This document shows positions 46,504-55,977 of a stretch of 64,000 bases of DNA, in pieces. Where the stretch lies: NCBI GenBank assembly GCA_041490525.1, contig JBGPTH010000015.1:3867-67866 (forward strand), written 5' to 3'. The notes under the pieces were generated by a model that saw nothing but the letters and a program-made list of their open reading frames with translations, had not been told where the DNA came from and did not search any database. This stretch comes from Nitrospiria bacterium. Its GTDB lineage: Bacteria > Nitrospirota > Nitrospiria > Nitrospirales > NS-4. The translations under genes were made by a program, and so were the position numbers. Numbering within the stretch: position 1 is the first letter of the stretch; every line of letters starts with the position of its first letter.

Positions 46504-47667
46504 GTGAAGACTCTGCTCGAGTGGCTGTGTCTCGTGCCCGCGATCGGAGGGTCGGTGTATGCGGTCCTGTGTCTGCTCGCGGTCATTCGCCTCCGGAGGC
46601 GCCCCGCACGCTCCCTGCGCTATTCCTTTTCCTCCTGGCCGCCGGTCACCATTATGAAGCCGGTCTGCGGCCTGGAGAAAAACTTACGCGACAATCTGCG
46701 CAGCGTCTGTATCCAAGAGTATCCGGAGTTCCAGGTCGTGTTCTCGGTGCAGGACCCGGATGATCCCGCCCTCCCGCTCCTGAGAGAGGTCCAGAACGAA
46801 TTCGGGCCCGACAAAGTGTCCGTGGCCGTCGACGGGGCCCACACCGCCCCCAACGGCAAGATTAGGAACCTCTTGGGAGGCCTGCCCTATGCCCGGTACG
46901 ACGTCCTGGTGATCAGCGACAGCGACGTCCGGGTGGGGCCGGATTATCTGAAGACCATTGTCGGCCCTCTGGCGGATCCTGAGTTCGGGTGCGTGTGCAC
47001 GCTCTACAAGGCCACGGGCGCCGGGACCTGGTTCGAAAAGTTGGAGCTGCTGACCCTGAATGCCGATTTCATGACCAACGTGGTCTTCGCCCATTTCAGC
47101 GGGGCCTCGAAGTTCTGTCTGGGCGCCTCCACGGCGATCCTCCGGCCGAGCCTGAAAGAGATCGGCGGCCTGGAAGCCCTGGCAGATTATCTGGTGGAAG
47201 ACCACGAGATGGGCCGGCGCGTGTGGAAGTCCGGGAAGAAGATCGCCATCGTGCCGTACTTTGTGGAAACTACGGTGGACCTTAAGGACCCCTCCCAGTG
47301 GTGGAGCCATCAGGTCTATTGGGATCAAAACACGCGCGCGGCGCAGCCCTGGGGATTTTTCGCCACCGCGCTGATCCGTTCTGTTCCTTTCGCCCTGCTG
47401 TTCGCGGTGCTCCGGCTGGGAGACCCTATCGGGTGGGCGGTCCTGGGCGGAACCCTGGCGGTGCGCCTGTCCACCGCGGGAGTAATCCTAGGGTGGGGGT
47501 TTCGGGACCACGAGGGGCTCAGGAGTCTCTGGCTGCTGCCTCTTCGCGATCTCGCAGGTCTGGTCTCCTGGCTCCTGGCGTTCACGAAGCGGACGGTTAT
47601 CTGGCGGGGGGCGGAGTTCATCCTGACGCGGCAGGGAAGGATGGTCCCGCGCGACTCGAGGTCATGA
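46504..47667 (+). CDS. hpnI: glycosyltransferase, HpnI / ceramide-glucosyltransferase (GT21-like) family
   Basis: 387 aa with VTIMKPVCGLEKNL...DPDDPALPLL...NGKIRNL...ISDSDVRV...LVEDHEMG, followed by an hpnK-like gene with an ATGA overlap. Confidence 0.7.
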   Translation: MKTLLEWLCLVPAIGGSVYAVLCLLAVIRLRRRPARSLRYSFSSWPPVTIMKPVCGLEKNLRDNLRSVCIQEYPEFQVVFSVQDPDDPALPLLREVQNEFGPDKVSVAVDGAHTAPNGKIRNLLGGLPYARYDVLVISDSDVRVGPDYLKTIVGPLADPEFGCVCTLYKATGAGTWFEKLELLTLNADFMTNVVFAHFSGASKFCLGASTAILRPSLKEIGGLEALADYLVEDHEMGRRVWKSGKKIAIVPYFVETTVDLKDPSQWWSHQVYWDQNTRAAQPWGFFATALIRSVPFALLFAVLRLGDPIGWAVLGGTLAVRLSTAGVILGWGFRDHEGLRSLWLLPLRDLAGLVSWLLAFTKRTVIWRGAEFILTRQGRMVPRDSRS

Positions 47668-48515
47668 AAAAACTCATTGTCACTGGCGATGACTTTGGCC
47701 TGGCGGTCCCGGTCAACGAAGCGATCGAGGAAGCCCACCGGGGCGGGGTCCTGACGACCGCGAGCCTAATGGTGGGGGGGGGGGCCGCGGCGGACGCCGT
47801 GGAGCGAGCGAAGCGGCTGCCGTCGTTGAAGGTAGGCCTCCACGTGGTCCTAGTGGAAGGCCGCCCGGTCCTGCCGCCCGAGGCGGTTCCCGATCTGGTG
47901 GACAGCCGGGGGGAATTTTCCTCTCAATTGGTCCGGGCGGGGATCAAGTTCTTCTTCAGGCCGGGAGTGAGGCGCCAGTTGGAAGCGGAGATCAGGGCGC
48001 AGTTCCAGACCTTCCGGGACTTCGGGCTTCCGCTGGATCACGTCAATGGCCATAATCACATGCATCTGCACCCCACGGTTTTGGGGCTCATTTTGAAAGT
48101 GGGGCGGGACTTCGGGCTCAAAGCGGTCCGCTTGCCGTACGAGCCGCCCGTGCCCTCCTGGCGCGCGTCGCGGAGGGGACTCTCCCACAAGCTGATGGCG
48201 TGGCTGTTGTTGGCCCCCTGGGTGGCCGTCTTGAAATTTCGCCTCGGCCGCGCGCAGGTGCGGTCGAACGAGTTTGTGTTCGGCATGAACGACAGCGGGA
48301 GCATGCACCTGGAGCTCGTCCTGCGCATCCTCAAGCACCTCCCGCAGGGAGTGACGGAGATCTATTTCCATCCCGCCACTCGGCGGTGCCCCGAGATCGA
48401 GCGGTCCATGAAGGACTATGACCATGAACGCGAGTTCGAGGCCCTGATCAGTCCCGCAGTGCGGGAGGCGCTCCTGGCCTCCGGCGTGCAGAGGATTGCG
48501 TTCAGCGACCTGTAG
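47664..48515 (+). CDS. hpnK: YdjC/ChbG-family deacetylase, HpnK-like
   Basis: 283 aa from ATG 47664 with LIVTGDDFGLAVPVNEAI...LTTASLMV...VGLHVVLVEG...LDHVNGHNHMHLHP. Confidence 0.75.
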   Translation: MKKLIVTGDDFGLAVPVNEAIEEAHRGGVLTTASLMVGGGAAADAVERAKRLPSLKVGLHVVLVEGRPVLPPEAVPDLVDSRGEFSSQLVRAGIKFFFRPGVRRQLEAEIRAQFQTFRDFGLPLDHVNGHNHMHLHPTVLGLILKVGRDFGLKAVRLPYEPPVPSWRASRRGLSHKLMAWLLLAPWVAVLKFRLGRAQVRSNEFVFGMNDSGSMHLELVLRILKHLPQGVTEIYFHPATRRCPEIERSMKDYDHEREFEALISPAVREALLASGVQRIAFSDL

Positions 48516-48592
48516 GAGGGCTACGGGCTCATCCCGCTCTCGCCGATCGAGACCGCACGGCCGCTCCGATAACCGATATTGAGGAGGAGAGA

Positions 48593-48988
48593 ATGATTCG
48601 AGTACTGATCGCTATGACGATCGCCGCGGGCGCGGCCGCGATCGGCCAGATTCTGCTCCGGATCGGCATGCAGCAGGTCGGATCGTTGGAGCACTACGGC
48701 CCCGTGGCGCTGACGGCCTATTTCTGGCAGGCCTTGTGCAACCCCTACGTGATCGGGGGGACGATCCTCAACGCGGTGTTTTATTTCCTGTTCCTGGCGG
48801 CGCTGTCGTGGACGGACGTGACGGTGGTCCTGCCCATGACCGCGATCGAATACGGGTTCGCCGCGGTCTTGGCGGTCATGATTCTCAGCGAGGCGGTCCC
48901 GCCCATGCGCTGGGCCGGGATCGCGTTGGTGATCCTGGGCGTGATTTTGATCAGCATGGGCGGCGGCGAATCCCCGATTCAATCCTAG
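48593..48988 (+). CDS. small 4-TM EamA/DMT-type protein (ArnE/ArnF-like flippase subunit)
   Basis: 131 aa with four hydrophobic helices. GAGGAGG SD upstream. Confidence 0.65.
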   Translation: MIRVLIAMTIAAGAAAIGQILLRIGMQQVGSLEHYGPVALTAYFWQALCNPYVIGGTILNAVFYFLFLAALSWTDVTVVLPMTAIEYGFAAVLAVMILSEAVPPMRWAGIALVILGVILISMGGGESPIQS

Positions 48989-49003
48989 AAGGAGGCATCA
49001 TTG

Positions 49004-50155
49004 ATGACCACCGGTTCTGACACGACGGCGAAGATTCCCGAGCGCCGGGTCCCGGCCGCGAAAATTCAGTTCTTGCCCGAGGACCGCGCGTGGATTGCGG
49101 CCCGGATACAAGAGGTCCTGGCGACCGGCCAGCTGACCCTCGGCAAGTACGGCGCCGAGTTCGAACAGCAGTTCGCGCAGTTCTGCGGAGTTCGCCATGC
49201 CGTGGCCGTCAATAGCGGCACCAGCGCGCTGGAGATCATCCTCCGGGCCCTGGGCGTCGAGGGCAAGGACGTCCTGGTTCCCACCAATACGTTTTTCGGC
49301 ACCGCGGCGGCGGTCGTCCATGCCGGCGCGCGTCCGGTCCTGGTGGACCTGGACCCCGAATCCTTCGCCGTCCGGCCTGAGGAGGTGGAGCGGGCTCTGA
49401 CTCCGAAGACCGCCGGCCTCATCGTCGTGCACATCGGCGGGATCGTTTCGCGGAGGATCACGGAACTGCAAGAACTCGCCCGAAAGAAAGGCCTCTGGCT
49501 GGTGGAGGACGCCGCCCATGCCCATGGGTCCTCCTACGGAGAGGTGCGGGCCGGCGCCTTCGGGATCGCCGGGTCCTTCAGCTTTTATCCAACCAAGGTC
49601 ATGACCTCGGGCGAGGGGGGCATGATCGTGACCAACGACAGCCGGATCGCCGAGGAGGCGCGGATCTACCGGGACCAGGGCAAGGCCAGCTTCACGCAGA
49701 ACGCCCACGTCCGCATGGGCTACAACTGGCGGATGTCCGAACCCCACGCCATCATCGGCCTGAAACATCTGGAGCGCCTGCCGGCGATGATTGCGGACCG
49801 GCAGCGGATCGCCGCGATCTACGACCAGGGCTTGAAGGGAATCCGCCCCCTCGACCAGCTGGCCATCCCGGCCGGCGGCGGGTGCAATTATTACAAATAC
49901 ATCGTGGTGCTCAAGGAGAAGCGGGACCGCAAGGCCCTCAAGACCCTGTTGCGCGAGCGGTACGGGGTCTCCTTGGCGGGAGAGGTCTATGAGGAACCCC
50001 TGCACAAGCAGCCGGTGTTCGAATCGTATGTGACGCGCGCGCTGCCGGTGTCGGAAGACTACTGCGCCCGGCACCTCTGCCTCCCGATCTTTTCGGGCAT
50101 GGAAGAGGGCGAGGCGCATCAAGTACTCCGCGCGTTGAAAGAGGTCTTCGAATAA
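49004..50155 (+). CDS. DegT/DnrJ/EryC1/StrS-family sugar aminotransferase
   Basis: 383 aa with NSGTSALE, DAAHAHGS and SFYPTKVMTSGEGGM (PLP-Lys region). Confidence 0.9.
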   Translation: MTTGSDTTAKIPERRVPAAKIQFLPEDRAWIAARIQEVLATGQLTLGKYGAEFEQQFAQFCGVRHAVAVNSGTSALEIILRALGVEGKDVLVPTNTFFGTAAAVVHAGARPVLVDLDPESFAVRPEEVERALTPKTAGLIVVHIGGIVSRRITELQELARKKGLWLVEDAAHAHGSSYGEVRAGAFGIAGSFSFYPTKVMTSGEGGMIVTNDSRIAEEARIYRDQGKASFTQNAHVRMGYNWRMSEPHAIIGLKHLERLPAMIADRQRIAAIYDQGLKGIRPLDQLAIPAGGGCNYYKYIVVLKEKRDRKALKTLLRERYGVSLAGEVYEEPLHKQPVFESYVTRALPVSEDYCARHLCLPIFSGMEEGEAHQVLRALKEVFE

Positions 50156-50170
50156 CAAGGAGTCAATACA

Positions 50171-51088
50171 ATGGCCAAGATCGTGGTTACCGGAGGAAGC
50201 GGATTTATCGGTTCCCATGTCGTGGATGCCCTGATGGACGCGGGACATCAGGTGACGGTCCTGGACCACCGCACACGCCCTCACCGTGACGACGTCGGTT
50301 TCGAGGATGTCGACCTGATGGAGATGTCCTCGGTCCTGGCCGCCACCCGGGGGGCGGAATACGTTTTCCACCTCGCGGCGGTCTCCAACGTCAATTACGC
50401 GTACAAGTACCCGGTCTATACCACGGCGCTGAACATCGTGGGGACGGCAAACGTGCTTGAGGCCGCACGGCTCAACGGCGCCCGACGACTGTTCCTGGCC
50501 TCGACGGTGTGGGTCTATAACGGGTCTCCCGACGGAAAGCCGCTGGATGAATCCACCCCCTTCTATCTGGACGGCGCCGGGCACATCTACACCTCCACGA
50601 AGATGGCCAGCGAGATGCTCTGCCACAATTACAGCCAGCTCTACAAGGTGCCCTTCACCGTGTTGCGGTACGGCATTCCTTACGGGCCCCGGATGCGGGA
50701 GGAACTGCTGCTCCCGATTTTTATCAAGAAGGCGCTGGCGGGCCAGCCGCTCACCGTCGCGGGAAAGGGCGAGCAGTACCGGAACTTCGTCTACGTCCGG
50801 GACATGGCCGACGCGCATGTGCTCGCCATGAAGGACACCGCGGTGAACCAGACCTATAACCTGGAGGGCACGCGAAAGGTCACGGTTCTGGAAGTGGCGG
50901 AGGGCATCCGGAAGGTGATCGGGGACCAGGTGAAAATCGAGTTCGTCCCGGAGCGCCCAGGGGATTTCGGCGGGAAGGAGGTGACCGCCGAGAAGGCGCG
51001 ACGGGAGTTGAACTGGCGCCCCGCCGTGGAGTTCGAGGATGGGCTCCGGGCCACCATCGAGTGGTTCCGCCGAAAATGGGGGAAATAG
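50171..51088 (+). CDS. NAD-dependent nucleotide-sugar epimerase/dehydratase
   Basis: 305 aa with VTGGSGFIGSHV and YxxxK (YTSTKMASE). Confidence 0.9.
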   Translation: MAKIVVTGGSGFIGSHVVDALMDAGHQVTVLDHRTRPHRDDVGFEDVDLMEMSSVLAATRGAEYVFHLAAVSNVNYAYKYPVYTTALNIVGTANVLEAARLNGARRLFLASTVWVYNGSPDGKPLDESTPFYLDGAGHIYTSTKMASEMLCHNYSQLYKVPFTVLRYGIPYGPRMREELLLPIFIKKALAGQPLTVAGKGEQYRNFVYVRDMADAHVLAMKDTAVNQTYNLEGTRKVTVLEVAEGIRKVIGDQVKIEFVPERPGDFGGKEVTAEKARRELNWRPAVEFEDGLRATIEWFRRKWGK

Positions 51089-52403
51089 CATTCGTCGCCG
51101 GAGAAAGCCCTGGATCCGGATCGGCCGACGGGCTCGCATCCTGTGCATTCTCTGCTCGCTTGCCTCCTGGGGGGCTCTGGAGGCCGGGCGGCCCGCCTTC
51201 GCTGCGGCCGAATTGCCCGAGGAGATGCCGGATGGGCATCTCGCAAAGGAAGAGCATGTCCTGAAGGAATTGCCCGTCGAGGGCGCCTATACAGTCATCC
51301 CGCTGCCAGCCTTTTCCTACAATAGAAATGAAGGCCCCTGGTATGGCGTGCTGGTCCCGATCCTCAGAGCGAACCCCAGGGGCGAAATCGAGGACATCCT
51401 CGCCCCCCTCTATCTGCATAACCGGCACATCGGTGAAACCTTCACCCTGAATTACTACGGCTATCGCTCGAACACGATTCAATATCGGGCAGTGGCCTCC
51501 TATTCCACCGAGGTCGAACGGAATTTCGAGCTGAGCTATAAGGACACGGGCGTGGGGGCCGGCCGATTTATCCTGGCCGCGGAGGGCACCTGGTTCAAAA
51601 ATGCCTTTGCCCGGTTTTTCGGCTTCGGCAATAAGACTCACGAGGAACGGGAGACCACTTACACCTCCCGGGAAGGGCACGTCAAGCTCACCGCCGGCCT
51701 GAACCTTGGATCCCATGCCTCGTTGTTGTTCACCGAACGCTACCGCGACGTACGGATCGAGGACGGGGTGATCACGTCCCTGCCGCAGACGAAGGCCTTC
51801 TTCAGTGGGGTTGCGGGCATCGGGGGCGCCCATATCCTCGGTCATCGCCTGACCTATCTCTATGACTCGCGGGACAACGTGCTCACTCCGACGAGGGGTA
51901 GCTATGTCGCGATCTATGGAGAGGTGACGCAGAATCTCGTTCACGACAAGCCGGATCGGTGGCTGCGATACGGCCTCGATGCCCGGCATTCGTTCCCCCA
52001 TGCCGGGGGACGGATGGTCTTCGTCGCCCGGTTCTTGCTTGAGGCCGTCAGCGGACAGGAAGTGCCGTTCTATGAGCGGCCGATGCTGGGAGGGGAGAAC
52101 ACCCTTCGGGCGTTCGGCCTGAACCGGTTTATCGACGATACGGCGCTGTTGGTGAATTTCGAGGAGCGCATTCGGGTGTTGTCGAAGCGTTTCTTCGATC
52201 ACGCCGTCGAACTGGAACTCTCGCCGTTTCTGGACTTCGGGCGGGTCACAACCAATTGGGAATCGGCGCGGTTGCGGCGCTTTCAGATCAACCCGGGGGT
52301 CGGCATCCGGGCGCTCGCCCGTCCCAACGTGGTGGGCCGTCTGGATGTGGGTTACGGGAAGGACGGCGCCAACGTCTTCGTCGGCCTTGATTACCCGTTC
52401 TAG
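51039..52403 (+). CDS. Omp85/BamA-family outer-membrane beta-barrel protein
   Basis: 454 aa with a signal-like ILCILCSLASWGALEA, MLGGENTLRAFG, and a C-terminal ...VFVGLDYPF. The start is uncertain, since ATG 51039 overlaps the upstream gene by 50 nt. Confidence 0.7.
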   Translation: MGSGPPSSGSAENGGNSIRRRRKPWIRIGRRARILCILCSLASWGALEAGRPAFAAAELPEEMPDGHLAKEEHVLKELPVEGAYTVIPLPAFSYNRNEGPWYGVLVPILRANPRGEIEDILAPLYLHNRHIGETFTLNYYGYRSNTIQYRAVASYSTEVERNFELSYKDTGVGAGRFILAAEGTWFKNAFARFFGFGNKTHEERETTYTSREGHVKLTAGLNLGSHASLLFTERYRDVRIEDGVITSLPQTKAFFSGVAGIGGAHILGHRLTYLYDSRDNVLTPTRGSYVAIYGEVTQNLVHDKPDRWLRYGLDARHSFPHAGGRMVFVARFLLEAVSGQEVPFYERPMLGGENTLRAFGLNRFIDDTALLVNFEERIRVLSKRFFDHAVELELSPFLDFGRVTTNWESARLRRFQINPGVGIRALARPNVVGRLDVGYGKDGANVFVGLDYPF

Positions 52404-52410
52404 CGTGTGC

Positions 52411-53508
52411 ATGCGCCGTTGTCTGCTGTCCGGTCTGATCTGGCTCCTGTCGTTGCCGATCGGTATTCCCGCGACCGCCTCGGCCACCTGCACGGTGGAG
52501 CGGGAAGCGGCCGGGGAGCCCGCACTCTTCCTGCGGCATTTCAGTCCGGACTGCGCCCGGGGGGACCGCGCCGCGCACGCGGTTCCGGCGGCGGAGGTCC
52601 TTGCGGCCTTGAAAGCCGGCAAGGGACTCTCCCTCGAGAACGCGGTCCTCACCGGCGACCTTCTGCTCACCCAGCTCCCGTCCGCGCCGGTGGCCTCGCT
52701 CGCGCTGCCGGAACGGATTGCGACGGCGCTCCAACAGGCCAGGGTCACCGAGGCCAGGGTGATTCGCGGGCCTTTCCTGATCCGGAACTCGCTCGTGGAG
52801 GGTACAGTGGACACCCAGATGAAGCCGGATATGGTCGAGCACCGGCTGCTGGGAGACCTGGTGGTGATTCAGGGGCCGGTTGCGTTTACAGGGACGACCT
52901 TCGCCAAGACGGTGGACCTCTCCAGGACGGTCTTCCTGGGGCCGGTGGACAGTGCCGAGGCGATCTTCCTCGGCGATGCTCTGTTCCTCTCCAGTCTGTT
53001 CGACAAGGCGGCCACCTTCGAGAAGACCGCCTTTGCCGCCAACACGCGCTACTATCAGGCTGTCTTTTATGAGCCCGTCACGTTCCTCCGCGCGGGGTTC
53101 AGCGGATTGACGAATTTCCTGTCGGTCACTTTCAAGAAGGAGGCCGGCTTCTCACGGGCCTACTTCAAGATGGGAACCGGCTTTTCGGGCAGCGCCTTTG
53201 AGGGGATTTCCGACTTTTCCGAGAGCGTGTTCGAGCAGGCCGCCTTCTTCTCCCATGCTCACTTCGTCGCGGATACGTACTTCCGGCGCGCGACCTTCCG
53301 CGGCGAGGTCAACTTCTCCGACGCCAACTTCGGTGGCAAGGATGATTTTGCCAAGGTGTTCTACAAGCAGGAGCCCAACTTTACCCGGGCCAAGTTCGCC
53401 GCCCCCCGATCCTCCGCCGGATTCGAGAACCCGGTCTTTCTGGCCCTCGTGGCCGGGGCCCTCGCCGTCTTCCTCATCGCCTTCATCCTGATGTTGCGGA
53501 AAGGCTGA
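52411..53508 (+). CDS. pentapeptide-repeat-like protein with signal peptide and C-terminal TM anchor
   Basis: 365 aa from ATG 52411. It has long runs of A/S-x-F repeats (TFAKTVDLSRTVFLG...ATFRGEVNFSDANFGG) and ends with a hydrophobic helix. Confidence 0.7.
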   Translation: MRRCLLSGLIWLLSLPIGIPATASATCTVEREAAGEPALFLRHFSPDCARGDRAAHAVPAAEVLAALKAGKGLSLENAVLTGDLLLTQLPSAPVASLALPERIATALQQARVTEARVIRGPFLIRNSLVEGTVDTQMKPDMVEHRLLGDLVVIQGPVAFTGTTFAKTVDLSRTVFLGPVDSAEAIFLGDALFLSSLFDKAATFEKTAFAANTRYYQAVFYEPVTFLRAGFSGLTNFLSVTFKKEAGFSRAYFKMGTGFSGSAFEGISDFSESVFEQAAFFSHAHFVADTYFRRATFRGEVNFSDANFGGKDDFAKVFYKQEPNFTRAKFAAPRSSAGFENPVFLALVAGALAVFLIAFILMLRKG

Positions 53509-53511
53509 CCC

Positions 53512-53536
53512 CGGCAATAATATACTTGACTCAGTA
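53512..53536. repeat. left terminal inverted repeat (IR-L)
   Basis: CGGCAATAATATACTTGACTCAGTA. It begins 4 nt after the TGA of the pentapeptide-repeat gene. Confidence 0.75.
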
Positions 53537-53554
53537 AGTCAGACCTGCTATGGT
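53526..53554 (+). promoter_or_regulatory. transposase promoter candidate (TTGACT-17-TATGGT), with the -35 inside IR-L
   Basis: TTGACT at 53526-53531 and TATGGT at 53549-53554. GAGGG SD lies 6 nt before ATG 53585. Confidence 0.4.
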
Positions 53555-53584
53555 GAGGGTAACAACAACCAATGAGGGCTGACG

Positions 53585-54496
53585 ATGCTTCCCCAAACTC
53601 TTCAACAAGCCATTCGGTATTTCGCTGATCCTGAGGTCTGTCTGACCTTCGTAGCCAATCTACGTTGGCCGGAAGGCGCGGTCTGTCCGCGCTGTTCTGC
53701 CAAGAAGCCGCGCTTCATCCAGACACGCCGGATCTGGGAGTGCAAAGGCTGTCGGAAGCAATTCAGCGTGAAGGTCGGGACGATCTTCGAGGACAGCCCA
53801 ATCTCGCTGGATAAGTGGCTCTGTGCGATTTGGTTGATCGTCAATGCGAAGAACGGCGTGTCGTCCTATGAGATTGCCCGTTCCCTTGGCGTCACGCAAA
53901 AGACAGGCTGGTTTATGATGCATCGCATCCGGTTAGCCCTCCAGCGTGGAAGCTTTGCCAAGAAGCTCGCTGGTCCTGTGGAGGCGGACGAGACTTATAT
54001 CGGAGGGAAAGCGCGGTTCATGCATTCGACTAAACGTAGCCGCACACGCGGGATCACGGGGAAGGCTATCGTCATGGGACTGCTGGAGCGAAAAGGTGAG
54101 GTACGGACCAAGGTCATTGAAGCGGCCACTAGCCAAACCCTTCACCGGATGGTGAGAGACAATGTGAAAACGGGTTCCGAACTCTACACCGATGAATGGC
54201 GCGGCTACCGTGGGCTGTCTTGGGATTACGCTCACCGTGTCATCAATCACGCCGAAAAGTACGTTGATGGGATTGTCCACACTCAAGGCATCGAGAACTT
54301 TTGGAGCCTCTTGAAGCGCGGCATCAAGGGAACCTACGTGAGCGTCGAACCGTTCCATTTATTCCGCTACCTGGACGAGCAAGCCTTCCGGTTCAATGCG
54401 CGGAAAGGGAACGATCAGGAGCGATTTATAACCGCCGTTGCTGGCGTGTCTGGAAGGCGTGTCACTTATCAGCGGCTGACTGGTCTTTCAGTATAA
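53585..54496 (+). CDS. IS1595-family (ISXO2-like) DDE transposase
   Basis: 303 aa with an N-terminal zinc ribbon (CPRCSAKKPRF...WECKGCRKQFSVKVGTIFEDS) and ADETYIGG...YTDEW.GY...H..VNH in the catalytic region. Confidence 0.92.
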   Translation: MLPQTLQQAIRYFADPEVCLTFVANLRWPEGAVCPRCSAKKPRFIQTRRIWECKGCRKQFSVKVGTIFEDSPISLDKWLCAIWLIVNAKNGVSSYEIARSLGVTQKTGWFMMHRIRLALQRGSFAKKLAGPVEADETYIGGKARFMHSTKRSRTRGITGKAIVMGLLERKGEVRTKVIEAATSQTLHRMVRDNVKTGSELYTDEWRGYRGLSWDYAHRVINHAEKYVDGIVHTQGIENFWSLLKRGIKGTYVSVEPFHLFRYLDEQAFRFNARKGNDQERFITAVAGVSGRRVTYQRLTGLSV

Positions 54497-54555
54497 ACAG
54501 GCGTATGGTAAGAGACAGCGGCGCGGGAAGCGCAAGGAGGGTCGATGAAAAATTT

Positions 54556-54588
54556 CGCGGGTCAAAGACCCCATTTCTTTGACCCGCG
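54556..54588. repeat. perfect 13-bp-stem hairpin downstream of the transposase
   Basis: CGCGGGTCAAAGA ccccatt TCTTTGACCCGCG. No T-run follows, so it may be a terminator/attenuator or a protein-binding site. Confidence 0.5.
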
Positions 54589-54637
54589 CTCCGGTAGTCC
54601 CTATTTGGCCTGAGTCATGAATCCTCTCAACCTTCGC

Positions 54638-54657
54638 CTTGATCCTGGCAGATCAAG
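54638..54657. promoter_or_regulatory. palindrome CTTGATC-N6-GATCAAG upstream of the cargo operon (operator candidate)
   Basis: Perfect 7-bp arms ending 57 nt upstream of ATG 54714. TATCAT lies at 54671-54676 downstream of it. Confidence 0.4.
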
Positions 54658-54713
54658 GTGCACAGTCGAGCTATCATCAGAACCGACCTAAGCATAGCAT
54701 AGGGAGGCTGAGG

Positions 54714-55517
54714 ATGGCAAGAATTACAGTCCAACTAAAGGGTTCTCTGTCTGATGATTATCATGTTCGCCTATCGGAATTTCTCACCCAGCTTAACGCG
54801 CTCCAACAAGCTTTAGCAAATACCGAAACCGTAATTTCTGGAAGTCCGAAGCCCTCTCTATACTATCGCATCATTGACCTGACCCACTCCAGTCCTTCGA
54901 CTGTAATAGTTGAAGCGAAATCTTACAACCCTGACAACGATTTGAGCACGGATGTCGTGAACAAGTTTTTTGGTGGGCTTCGACAAATCCAAGAAACCGG
55001 GCAAATCTCTGACGATTTCGACAGGCCGACACTCGAAGCCTACAAAGGATTAAGCGCAACGCTTCGCAAGCATATCACTGAGATAAAGTTGAGCAACGGG
55101 GAGAACCAGTTTGAAATTACAAGGCGTCTCGAAGCTCGCATTGATCATATCCTTGGCGATGAGATAATCGTTGAAGGCTCTATAGAGGGAATGCTTGAAG
55201 CGATCAACCTTCACAATAACGCCAACAAATTCCACCTATTCCCATCTGTGGGTCCCCAGAAAGTTGCTTGTCATTTTCCCGATGCATTGCAACCTGAAGC
55301 GATCGCTGCTATCAAGCGGTATGTCTTTGTCAGTGGCCAAGTGAAATATCAAAGACGTGGCTTCTTTCCCCATGAAGTAGAAGTATCCACAATGGAGGTT
55401 TATCCGCAAGAAAGTGACCTGCCGACACTTGGAAGCTTGCGCGGGATCGCGCCCAACGCAACAGGAAAATTAGATTCCGTGGCTTTTATCCGCTCTCTCA
55501 GAAATGCGGCAAGGTAA
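54714..55517 (+). CDS. uncharacterised 267-aa protein upstream of, and coupled to, the PIN gene (candidate long antitoxin/sensor)
   Basis: ATG 54714 is preceded by AGGGAGG. I recognise no motif. Its 3' end overlaps the PIN gene start by 14 nt. Confidence 0.7.
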   Translation: MARITVQLKGSLSDDYHVRLSEFLTQLNALQQALANTETVISGSPKPSLYYRIIDLTHSSPSTVIVEAKSYNPDNDLSTDVVNKFFGGLRQIQETGQISDDFDRPTLEAYKGLSATLRKHITEIKLSNGENQFEITRRLEARIDHILGDEIIVEGSIEGMLEAINLHNNANKFHLFPSVGPQKVACHFPDALQPEAIAAIKRYVFVSGQVKYQRRGFFPHEVEVSTMEVYPQESDLPTLGSLRGIAPNATGKLDSVAFIRSLRNAAR

Positions 55518-55977
55518 GCCCACATACTACTGGGATGCCTGCTTGTTCCTTGCCTGGCTTAAGGATGAGCAACGAGAAGCCGGTGATATGGAAGGCCTAG
55601 CAGAAGTTATTTGGATGGTGGACCGCAACCGCGTAACTATCTCTACCTCAGTGGTTACAAAAGGAGAGATTTGGCAAAGCACTCTGACCGAGCAAGCGAA
55701 AGGGATGTTTACTCAGATGTTGAAACGGCGCAATGTCGTTCTCGTGAATCTTACTGACCCAATCTCTGAGCTGAGCGCAACGATTCGTCAATTTTATGTG
55801 GGCCGGAAAGAACAGATGGATTTACCTGATGCCCAACACCTGGCAACAGCTATTGCTTACAAAACAGATGAGTTCCATACATTTGATGATAAACTCCTAA
55901 ACAAGAGTGGAAATGTCGCGGGCTATAGACTTATTATTTGTAAACCAAAAGGTTTACAGGGAATATTGTTCGTATGA
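55504..55977 (+). CDS. PIN-domain nuclease (VapC-like toxin candidate)
   Basis: 157 aa with acidic residues in PIN-typical positions: YYWDACLF (D11), TKGEIW, LPDAQHLATAI and HTFDD. Confidence 0.8.
   Translation: MRQGKPTYYWDACLFLAWLKDEQREAGDMEGLAEVIWMVDRNRVTISTSVVTKGEIWQSTLTEQAKGMFTQMLKRRNVVLVNLTDPISELSATIRQFYVGRKEQMDLPDAQHLATAIAYKTDEFHTFDDKLLNKSGNVAGYRLIICKPKGLQGILFV

Noticed and set aside
48998-52814. Two very long minus-strand ORFs (716 aa and 644 aa) opposite the DegT/epimerase/Omp85 genes
   Set aside because: Low-complexity Arg/Gly/Pro composition and no SD. The plus-strand genes are well supported by motifs.
54610-54622. First candidate for the right inverted repeat of a minimal 1.1-kb IS (CTGAGTCATGAAT)
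   Set aside because: Only the 8-bp core TGACTCAG matches IR-L and no flanking direct repeat exists. The 25-bp match at 56783-56807 with the CTGACCC duplication is far better, so the element is called as 53512-56807.
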